Source of the DNA: Eledone cirrhosa
Taxonomy: Eukaryota
Direction of reading: 5' to 3'
Assembly (NCBI GenBank): GCA_964016885.1
Contig: OZ024742.1
Span: forward strand, 210,924,001-210,988,000
Length of the DNA stretch: 64,000 nucleotides
Shown: positions 54,477 through 64,000 of the stretch, piece after piece
Position numbering within the stretch: the first letter of the stretch is position 1
Layout of the letters: every line of letters begins with the position of its first letter
Program-made: the position numbers and the translations under genes
The notes under the pieces: model-generated
What the model was told of the DNA's origin: nothing
Seen by the model: only the letters and a program-made list of their open reading frames with translations
Databases searched by the model: none

Positions 54477-57400
54477 CATGCTGTAAAATAGAGGGGTAGA
54501 GAGGGCTCTTGAGTCTAGTAAGGCATCCTCTCTAGTGCTGGTGGCACGAATAAAAGCACCCAGTCCATGCTGTAAAGTGGCACTGGTGTTAGGAAGGGCA
54601 TCCAACCAGTGTATCAATGCCAAAACAATTATGAACACAGCAACAAATATATAGGAACAACAAAAATATGAAGACGTCGCATCTCAGAGTTGCAACACTT
54701 AATGTTGGCACTCTCAGAGGTAGATCTGGTGAAATAGTGGAGATGCTGGAGAGAAGGCATGTGGATGTGTGTTGCGTGCAAGAGGTGAGATGGAGAGAGA
54801 CTAGTCACAGGCAAATATCTTAGCTATAAGCTTTTCTGGGTAGGTAAGGATGATGGGTTAGGGGGAGTAGGCATTGTCCTGGCTGAGAGATGGATCAATA
54901 AGACAATAGAGGTAGTTCGAGTTAGTAATCGAATAATTAAGCTTAGATTAGTTGTAGGCAGGAGACTACTGACAGCTCCAGGATGGTTACACTGGGGTAC
55001 ATGGTGGGCACGGTTACGGCTCAAGAAATGAAGAAGGAGTGAGACTTCTTGAATTTTGTGATGCAAGTACACTGACTATTTGCAACACAAACTTCCAGAA
55101 ACCTGCCAATCACCTAATAACCTACAAATCAGGTGAGCACATAAGCCAGATTGACTTCTTACTGGTTAGGCAACGGGACAGGCAGATGGTGTCAAATACC
55201 AAGGCATACTCTGGGGAAGAATGTACCCCACAGCATAGGTTAGTCGTTAGTGATATCTCAGTAAGCAAGAGATGGAATGAGACATACAGGAAGGTGTGGA
55301 GAAGAAAGGTCTGGAAGCTAAAAGATCTTTCACTAAAATACAAATTTAGGAAAGCCCTTCAAGATGTGTATGACGAAAGGAGATGATTTAGAGTTGTATG
55401 ACATAGATAATAACTGGAATTTCTTACGTGACAACTTACTGCAGGCTACTGATGAAACTTGTGGCTGGAGCAGAGCTCCAACCAGACAGAGAGTGACCTG
55501 GTGGTGGAACAGCACAGTAGATAAGGCCATTAGAGACAAAAGACTAGCATGGTAGGCTTGGAAAAAGGGTGGGAGTAGGGAAGGATATACAGCTGCTAAG
55601 AGAGAAGCTAGACGTCAGGTGTACTTAGCACGCAGGGAGGCTGAGAGTAGGAGGTTTGCCAATGTTCTGCGACGGGAAGATCAGAGGTGTGCGGTGTTCC
55701 ACATTACAAGGCAGTGTGTCAATGCAAATCAGGATGTTGTTGGAGATAAATGTGTCCGGAATGATGCCGTTGTACTTAGTGTCACGAATGATCAGAAAAA
55801 GGAGGCCTGGAAATGTCATTATGAGAGACTGATGAATGTGGAGAACGAATGGGAGAGAGAGAAATTACCCCTGGTAGATCCGACAGAGGGACCAGCTATT
55901 GAGATTGACGAATATAGGGTCCAAGAGGCGATTAGGGAAATGAAAAATGGTAAGGCTGCTGAACCGTCGTGGATAGTTGCTGAGATGCTGAAGGCATCAG
56001 GGGACGTAGGCACTAAACTGGTTGCATGCATCATCAATCAGGCTATATATGGTGGTGTCATACCCAAAGACTGGTGCAGCAGTATTCTCATAAATTGCTA
56101 CAAAGGTAAAGGGGATGCTCTGGAGAGGAGCAATTATAGGGGTATAAAACTGATAGATCAGGTTATGAAAGTGGCAGAAAGGTTATTAGCACAACTAATT
56201 AGAGAAAGGGTCAAACTAGAGGAGATGCAGTTTGGTTTCATTCCTGGGAAAAGTAAAACAGATGCCCTCTTGGTGAGACAATTACAAGAGAGGTTCTTAG
56301 AGAAGAATAAGCCACTATACTTAGCCTTTGTTGACCTAGAGAAGGCCTTTGATATGGTACCCCGATCTGTCATCTGGTGGTCCCTAAGGAAACTAGGTGT
56401 TGAGGAATGGCTTGTGAGAACAGTGCAAACTTTGTACAGTGGTACTGTCAGTAAAGTCAGGGTAGGAATGGAGTTTAGTGAGGAATTCCAGATACAAGTA
56501 GGAGTACACCTGGGTTCTGTCCTCAGCCCGCTCTTGTTCATTATAGTCCTCCAAGCCATAACAGGATTTTCAGACTGGCTGCCCATGGGATTTTCTCTAT
56601 GCTGACGATCTGGTTCTTATAGCAGAATCAGTAGAGGAGCTAGAGAATAAATTCTGGCTATGGAAACAGCAGTTGGAATGAAGAGGACTGAGAGTGAACC
56701 TATCTAAGACAAACGTGTTGATGAGTAGAAAAGAGGACAAAACTCGGATTCTGTCAGGGAAATGGCCATGTTCGATATGCAGAAAAGGAACTGGCATACA
56801 TTCTATAAAATGCACACAATGCAGATCCAGGGTACACGAGATGTAGTGGGATAGCAGGCAAACTAACAGGTAGGGAGAAATACGTATGCAGTAGATGTAC
56901 AGGGAAATTAGACAGTAGAAGTCGCATTGATAGACACATTTTTCAAATGCAGGCGGGTGCTATAGAAGTGGTGGATAACTTCCGGTACCTAGGAGATCAG
57001 ATTAGCATGGGAGGGGTGGGGGTGTTCCGAGGCCATAGTATCTAGAATAAGGACGGGTTGGAAGAAGTTTAGGGAGCTGCTTCCTCTGCTGACGAAGAAT
57101 GGTTTTTCCCTGCGTACAAAAGGCCGTTTATATGATGCCTGGGTGAGGAGAGCGATGCTGCATGGTAGTGAGACATGGGCAGCAACTGCAGAGGATATGC
57201 GACGGCTGCAGAGAAATGAGCAAGCATGCTCCGTTGGATATGCAATGTCAATGTGCGTGAACGGCCCAGCATGGATGTGTTGAGAGAGAAACTGTGTCTG
57301 AGAGGGATAGAATGTAGTGTGCGAGAGAGGAGACTGAGGTGGTATGGACACGTGATGCGCATGGAGGATGACCAATAGGTGAAGAAGTGCCAGGAAATGC

Positions 57401-57588
57401 CAGTTGAAGGAAGACGTGGTCGAGGTAGACCACAAAAAACATAGGCGGAGGTGGTGAGAACAGACCTCAGATCGCTGAAGCTCACGGTGGAGATGACGAA
57501 GGACCTTGACAAGTCGAGAGATGCTGTGCTGAATAAGACCTGTCCCACCTTTGCAAGCAAGGAAAACGGACGTAAAATGATGATGATA
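54477..57588 (+). mobile_element. Decayed, near full-length RTE LINE, family 2
   Basis: 'RVATLNVGTL', 'RLLEFCD', 'NYRGIKL', 'QFGF', 'FVDLEKAFD'; frameshifts and stops; deletion in APE; very short 3'UTR with (TGA)n tail. Confidence 0.93.
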
Positions 57589-57607
57589 TAGACATATACG
57601 TATACAC

Positions 57608-58148
57608 ATCATCATCATCATCATCGTTTAACGTCCATGTTCTACGCTTGCATGGGTTTGGACGGGAGTTTTCCCACTTGAGGCAAGAGTGGTTGTCTTG
57701 CTCGCATAGGACTGTCTGGCGGGTTTTCTACAGCTGGATGCCCTTCCTAACACCAACCACATTTACAGTGTGGGACTGGGAGGTTTTTACCGTGTTGCCT
57801 ACACGGCCACATTACAGCGTGGACTGTGTGTTTTTTTGTCGTGACACCTACACGATCTCATTTGTTTCGGCCTGGATGTTGTAGCACCAACATAACTTTA
57901 CATTGAAAGGGGCGGTGTGGATGGGGTGGGGGTGGTGGGACGGGGGTGTATTTTGTTAGAGATGCCTACTGACTGTTGTAGGTTTTACTTTGTATTTAGG
58001 TAAGGTGGGTCTTCTCTATTACTGAGTACCACCAAAGATCTCGGTCCAGTGACATTGTCTTGGAGAGGTGTAAGTGTGTGAGGTCGGAATTTATCAGGTC
58101 GTCCCAGGTTTTTCTGGGTCTGCCTACTCCGTGGCTACTGTCTATCTT

Positions 58149-58149
<1 letters not shown>
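57608..58149 (-). mobile_element. 5'-truncated RTE family 1 (3'UTR plus ORF end)
   Basis: 'KIDSSHGVGRPRKTWDDLINSDL' and family 1 3'UTR. Confidence 0.93.
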
Positions 58150-58180
<31 letters not shown>

Positions 58181-60167
58181 TACGTATACACATATATATA
58201 CATATATACATATACACACATATCTATATATATAAAGTGAAGTTGGGCGTTGTTTGTTTGTTTGGTGTCCCGAACTTGCAGGCTACACCGTTCATCCGAT
58301 TTTCATGAAACTTGACACATATATAAAACTCAACCCGATAATCGGGCCCCCAGAAGCCAAAAATCGATATTTTAAAAAAATCGTCCGATTTCGATGAAAC
58401 TCGAAGCAAGTGTGTATTTTGATCCGAGGATGAACGTGGGCTACATTAATTATCACGATAATTGGATCACCAGAGGCAAAAATCGATATATACGAAATTT
58501 GTCCGATTCCAATGAAGTTTGACGTAGGTATGAATTTTGATGTGGGGATCAACATGGGGTACTTGAAATAATCGGACTCCCAGAGCCAAAAATCGATATT
58601 TTCAGAATTCAGCCGATTTCAATGAAATTTGATATTACCACAATAATAGATCCATTAGGGTTACTCCAAGGCTGCAAAAATTCAGAAAGTTTTTATAAAC
58701 TCATAAATCATGCGTTAAATAAGACCTTTAAGAGTTAGGGCAGACAATTATTCATAGTTTAATTATCAATGGCGCAATATTTTGGAAATATGCAAATCTA
58801 CGCCTTTCTTTATGGGAAAATGGGAGGCTTTACAAACAGATATTCAGGGTTCTTTGAGTATAATTCTTAATTCTTAAATAATTGTACAATCAACAAAATA
58901 TATGACAATGTTTTTCATATTTTTTTCAAAAATCTTTCGATTTCAATGAAATTTAATGTGTATGTATTCGAACACAAGCACTTTTAGTTTACACCTGGCG
59001 CAATCAAAATCAATTTCATATGCCCATATAAGCACGCACACACTGTGACTCACGTGCGTTATTGATTGGACGGCCTGTCTATACCACGAGCAGTATGTTT
59101 TCTCAACGATAGATACACAAACAGGTATGCACGCACGTGCGAACCGCCTTTTTCTCTTTGTGTGTATCCGCTTTTTGTGAACAACAATAAATCCGGACGT
59201 CTCACTAAACGGACCTTTACAGAATTTGCCCACTTATCGGTGAGTTAGTGCTTATTTATTTAGACTACTTGCATGCCATTTCAGTTAAATTTTTCGCCTT
59301 CCTTAAATTTAAATATCCCCATTGGTACTAGGGGATTGTCGACATCTTAGCGTTAAACTTTTCATATTCCCCCTTATTCAAGTGCAAATACAGTATTATC
59401 TCTATCTGAAAGGAAACCAAATTTAATGGTGTCTTTTGTGATGCCAAAAACTAAAAGTGGTGAGTAAATTTTCAAACAGTCTTAAATAATCATACTTTTT
59501 GAAAAAAATTTACTAAATAATACTTTGACCAAGTTGTATTGGACACATACAAAGTTGTAAAAAATGTTACGTCCGTACCAATTTTTTCCTTTTTTAAACA
59601 AAAGGTTCTAAAAAATTACTTAATTCATAACACTACTGTCACAGCCTTTTGCACAGGAAGTGAGTAAGTTTTCGGGTTTTTAAACATAAGTTCACCAGGG
59701 TTTGTGTCTTTTCCATTATTAGCCCACCTCTAATGGCATTTTTTGTTCTGTTTACGACTAAATGTTATGAGTGTATTTGCAAATTGTTATTGTTCTTTAA
59801 TTTTTTAATTAGTTGTCATAGACCATCTGCATGCAGGGCAATTGATTGCCCACATGTACACACCTGCATGCAGATAAACACTGACAGCTAATAAAAAAAT
59901 CGATAATTTGCTTATTAAGACATCGGTCAAAAAGAGAGATTGAATGTACTTTAGAAAATTTTTTGAATATATTGTTCTTTTTGGCATGATATGTCAGAAA
60001 TATAGCTATTATTCACTTTGGTTATTTTTTGTAACTAAGAAACGGTTCCTTTTGGGTGGATACTTAACGAGAAAGACAAGGGGTTTGGACAAGTTTGTTT
60101 CAAGCACTGTATAGACGCCAATTTTGTCACACCTTGGTCATGAATTTGTATTCTTTTCCAATAGATA

Positions 60168-60412
60168 CTTATTTTCCGCTCTATAAGGCTCACTGGGATA
60201 TAAGTCGTATCATTTAAAATCAGGTCCGCGCAACGGCGTGTAAGGCCAACCAGGAAAATGCTATCTTCTTTACTTTTAGTCTAGATCTATTACTTCTGTT
60301 AGAGCTGTGATTGATTACCATATACATAAGGCTCACTGGAGTATAAAGCGCAGAGCTGTTTTTTGATGAAATTTAGGTATTTTAAATGCACTTTATAGGC
60401 CGGAAAATTCGG
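60168..60412. mobile_element. Tc1/mariner (pogo/Tigger-like) MITE nested in the Helitron
   Basis: Imperfect TIRs 'cttattttccgctctataagg' / 'ctttataggccggaaaattcgg', flanked by TA on both sides. Confidence 0.55.
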
Positions 60413-60525
60413 TAAGTTATTATAATCATATTTCCAAACCTTCCCAGTCACCAGTAACCATGCTAGCGAATCTTGTGTCACCTCTCTCTGTACTTAATCA
60501 CCCCTCTCTAACATAACACGTCGTT

Positions 60526-61749
60526 ATGCCCACACGGAAACGTTCAAGACTTACCTCCAAAAAAGATACAGGTACTGCTTTGAGACGACGAATTTGGCGT
60601 TCTCAGGTATGCATTCATTCACAATTGGTTAATCCTTTATGCAATATTCACCCTTAATGTTAGCAAGCACTGCGTTTATCCTAACTGTCACCACTTTTAA
60701 GCAACTACAACATTCTAATCGTAGTTATATTAAATTTATTGTCTTACCTTGATTCCCTTTTGTTCATATTACACTTTTCTCATTTACAAAGGGCAGAGTG
60801 CCTTTGGCTTAGCTAACCAGTAGCATTAATTAACTTTCTCTAGGAAACACCTGCTGAGCGCGAATCTCGACTCGCTGATAGACGTCTTTCCCGGCTGGTT
60901 GAGTCACCAACATCCCGTACGACGCGGCTTGCTGGTGTTCGCCTTCGTCGCCAACAAGCACTAGTGGAGGAGTCACCAACATCCCGTATGACAAGGCTTG
61001 CTGGTGTTCGCCTTCGTCGCCAACAAGCACTAGTGGAGGAGTCACCAACATCCCGTATGACAAGGCTTGCTGGTGTTCGCCTTCGTCGCCAACAAGCACT
61101 AGTGGAGGAGTCACCAACATCCCGTATGACAAGGCTTGCTGGTGTTCGCCTTCGTCGCCAACAAGCACTAGTGGAGGAGTCACCAACATCCCGTATGACA
61201 AGGCTTGCTGGTGTTCGCCTTCGTCGCCAACAAGCACTAGTGGAGGAGTCACCAACATCCCGTCAGACGAGGCTTGCTGGGGTTCGCATTCGTCATCAAC
61301 AAATGCTTGCAGAGGAGTCCACGGCAGACAGAGACAACAGGCTTGCTGCTAAACGTTCCCGGCATACATTAGCTACTGCTGCCAAGAGCTCAGGCTGGGT
61401 AAAAGCAGCCTTCAGATATAACCCCTCTGAGGATTACGGACTTCTGCCTACAGTTTCCATTAGCAAAATGGATAATGTCTGTACATCCTGCAAGGCAATG
61501 AAGTGGCCAGGCAAGGCGCCTTCTGTGTGCTGTGCAGGAGGTAAGGTGCAACTAGAGGCATTGGCTGACCCGCCAGACGGTCTTCTGAATCTACTTACAG
61601 GTGACGACACTACGGCTACAACGTTCCACCGTAATATGTGGAAATACAACTCCTGTTTCATGATGACCTCCTTTGGTGTAGACAATAACAACACCAACAA
61701 CAGCGTGAACCCCAACAACAATGTTGCACCTGTGATGCGCGGGAAGTAA
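60526..61749 (+). CDS. Truncated Helitron RepHel N-terminus; predicted exons 60526-60606 and 60844-61749
   Basis: 'CTSCKAMKWPGKAPSVCCAGGKVQL..F.RNMWKYNSCFMMTSFG' is the typical Helitron N-terminal Zn region; phase-0 GT-AG intron keeps the frame; no Rep or helicase motifs follow. Confidence 0.75.
60898..61320 (+). repeat. 69-bp coding tandem repeat, about 6 copies
   Basis: EESPTSRMTRLAGVRLRRQQALV repeated. Confidence 0.95.
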
Positions 61750-61895
61750 CTTTCACACATTTTAACAACAGAGCAAAGGTTGACTTACACCAAGGCAACG
61801 CCGGGTACTTCTGCTAGTATGTATATATATACACATGTATATATACACATACATATATATACACATACATATATATACACATACACATATATATA

Positions 61896-62901
61896 AGTAG
61901 CAGCAAGTGCCCACAGAATACTAGCTCATTCAATTGCACAGATGGTTCTATAGAAATAGTAGACACCTTCCGTTACCTGGGTGACAAAATCAGCAGTGGG
62001 GCAGGGTGCTCTGAAAGTACAGTAGCTAGAGTCAGAACGGGATGGAAAAAGTTCAGAGAGCTTATACCACTATTAGCCACTAAAGGGTTCTCTCTAAAAA
62101 TGAAAGGTAGGCTGTATGATGCCTGCATACGAACAGCAATGTTACATGGCAGTGAGACCTGGGCATTGTGTGCAGAGGATATACGCAGACTGGAGAGGAA
62201 CGAAGCTTGCATGCTCCACTGGATGTGTAATAGTAATATACGTGAACGGCAAAGCATAAACGAACTAAGGGAAAAATTAGGAGTAAGAGGGATCAGATGT
62301 TGTTTACTCGAGAGAAGACTACGTTGGTACAGTCACGTGATGCGCATGAAAGACGACAGCTGTATAAAAAAGTGCAGGGCGATAAAAATAGACGGTAGCC
62401 ACGGAGTAGGCAGACCCAGAAAAACCTGGGACGATTTGATAAATTCCGACCTCACACACTTACACCTCTCCAAGACAATGTCACTGGACCGAGATCTTTG
62501 GCGCTACACAGTCATACAGAAGACCCACCTTGCCTAAGTACAAAGCGAGACCTACAGTCAGCAGGCACCTCTAACAAAAATACACCCCTGTCCCACTACC
62601 CCCACCCCATCCACACCACCCCTTTCAATGTAAAGTTATGTTGGTACCACAACATCCAGCCCGAAACAAATGAGGTCGTGTAGGTGTCACGACAAAAAAA
62701 CACACAGTCCACGCTGTAATGTGACCGTGTAGGTAACACGGTAAAAACCTCCCAGTCCACACTGTAAACGTGGTTGGTGTTAGGAAGGGCACCCAGCCGT
62801 AGAAAACCCGCCAGACGTGTAGGTGTCACGACAAAAAAACACACAGTCCACGCTGTAATGTGGCCATGGAAGATGGACGTTAAACGATGATGATGATGAT
62901 G
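61896..62901 (+). mobile_element. 5'-truncated RTE family 1 with rearranged 3'UTR
   Basis: ORF 62100-62537 matches the family 1 C-terminus; (TGA)n tail. Confidence 0.93.
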
Positions 62902-62924
62902 ATATATATATAGTCGGGTCTATA

Positions 62925-62956
<32 letters not shown>

Positions 62957-63148
62957 GACCCGACTTCCCACGGGAACAAGCCGAAGCTGAAGCATATAGA
63001 CAATATGCTCCCACCCCCTCCCACTGCAAAGTGGTTGTGGAGGTGCCACAGCAAAAAAGCACCCAGCCCACACTGTAAATGAGGTTGGTGTTAGGAAGGG
63101 CATCCAGCTGTAGAAATCAAGCCAGAATCAGTTCCTGTATGAGGAAGA
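62957..63148 (+). mobile_element. Second, 3'-truncated copy of the 36523-36862 element
   Basis: Shared 'cccgac.tccca.ggg..gctgaagcatata.acaatatgc' head and downstream modules. Confidence 0.75.
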
Positions 63149-63447
63149 CCTAAAAGGACATGGCTAAAGATGACGGAGGAAGAAATGAAATCCAAAGGGT
63201 TGATGAGGTGAGGATGTAGATAATGGGGCAAAATGGAAAAGCTTGTTGTGGGGTATACAAGGCAAACCCTTGCTCTAACAGGGAAAATAGCTTTAAAATA
63301 TTGTTATATTGTAAGATGGTGACATTAGGGAAGGCATCCAGCTGTAGAAATCATGTTGAAAATGGAATGTCTAAGAAAGATATGGTCCCCTCCCAAGCCA
63401 GACAACCCATCCAATCTATGCCAGCTTATAATGGGGATGATGACATA

Positions 63448-63945
63448 TGAGGTCTGTCAAAAAAGTATCAGACTTTATTTTTTCCCATGTGAAATTGTGA
63501 TGTTAGGGAGACAAAAGTGTGCAGGGTGGAACAGCATACGCTCATGCACATTCATAGTTTTTTATGAGCTCACTTGTTATGTTAGTTGTTGCCAGGTAGC
63601 CGCCAGCATGTGAGATGCTCTACTACTTACCTGTCATATTTTCATGTTGCCCTATACTGCCAACACAGATCCTGAGTTCCTGAATATTGTGAGAACTGGA
63701 GATAAGACATGGATGTATGGGTATGACTCAGAAACCAAAGCACAGTCATTACAGTAGTAGCCTCAAATGTCACCAAGGCCCCATCAGGGGGTGGGGAGCA
63801 ACATCAAAGTGATGCTAATTGTTTTGTTTTTTTAACTACTGTGGCTTTGTGCATCATAAATAAGCTTCAGAAGGAGCCCAGAAATGATAAGCAAAGTCAA
63901 TGTTGATGCATTTTGGATTCAAATGTGTGTAGATATCATTGAGCT
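63448..63945 (+). mobile_element. Mariner DNA transposon remnant
   Basis: TA|TGAGGTCTGTCAAAAAAGTATCAGAC TIR-like end; 'VRTGDKTWMYGYDSETKAQS' and 'SNIKVML' resemble mariner ITGDETWVYGYDPETK and KVML motifs. Confidence 0.8.
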
Positions 63946-64000
63946 GCTTAATAAGAGTTTTTAAAATTAATGAAGCTGACAGCCATGTAAATAATGAATC

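Larger units (their letters stand above)
58223..61817 (+). mobile_element. Internally deleted Helitron
   Basis: Begins A|TCTATATATATAAAG; ends GC-rich 'ggcaacgccggg' ...CTAG|T; no TSD; ~115-bp subterminal repeats 58340-58630; RepHel N-terminal coding part. Confidence 0.88.

Noticed and set aside
60830-61258. Minus-strand repeat ORF (MLVTPPLVLVG...)
   Set aside because: Antisense of the Helitron 69-bp coding repeat.

Overview
Eukaryotic, very AT-rich, essentially gene-free window made of transposable elements inserted into long (TA)n tracts. The repeat content (RTE LINEs with (TGA)n tails, two tRNA-derived SINE families, (TA)n arrays) suggests a coleoid cephalopod such as an octopus; this is an inference. 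Contents: several RTE LINE copies (one near-intact), CR1-like fragments, an internally deleted Helitron, a mariner remnant, and at least four families of GIY-YIG Penelope-like elements (PLEs), including an intact 737-aa Naiad-type ORF. The most striking signal is a set of mutually dissimilar NON-coding elements (about 18.1, 25.2, 29.7, 39.2, 48.4-51.1 and 52.9 kb). Each carries a hammerhead ribozyme (HHR) motif and has the same two-armed, tail-out inverted architecture as the coding PLEs. Several arms read across the monomer junction, and two are almost exactly one monomer long, as expected for twin-primed reverse transcription of circular or multimeric ribozyme RNAs (retrozyme-like parasites of PLEs). 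All coordinates were read by eye and may be off by a few bases; no database search or folding program was run.
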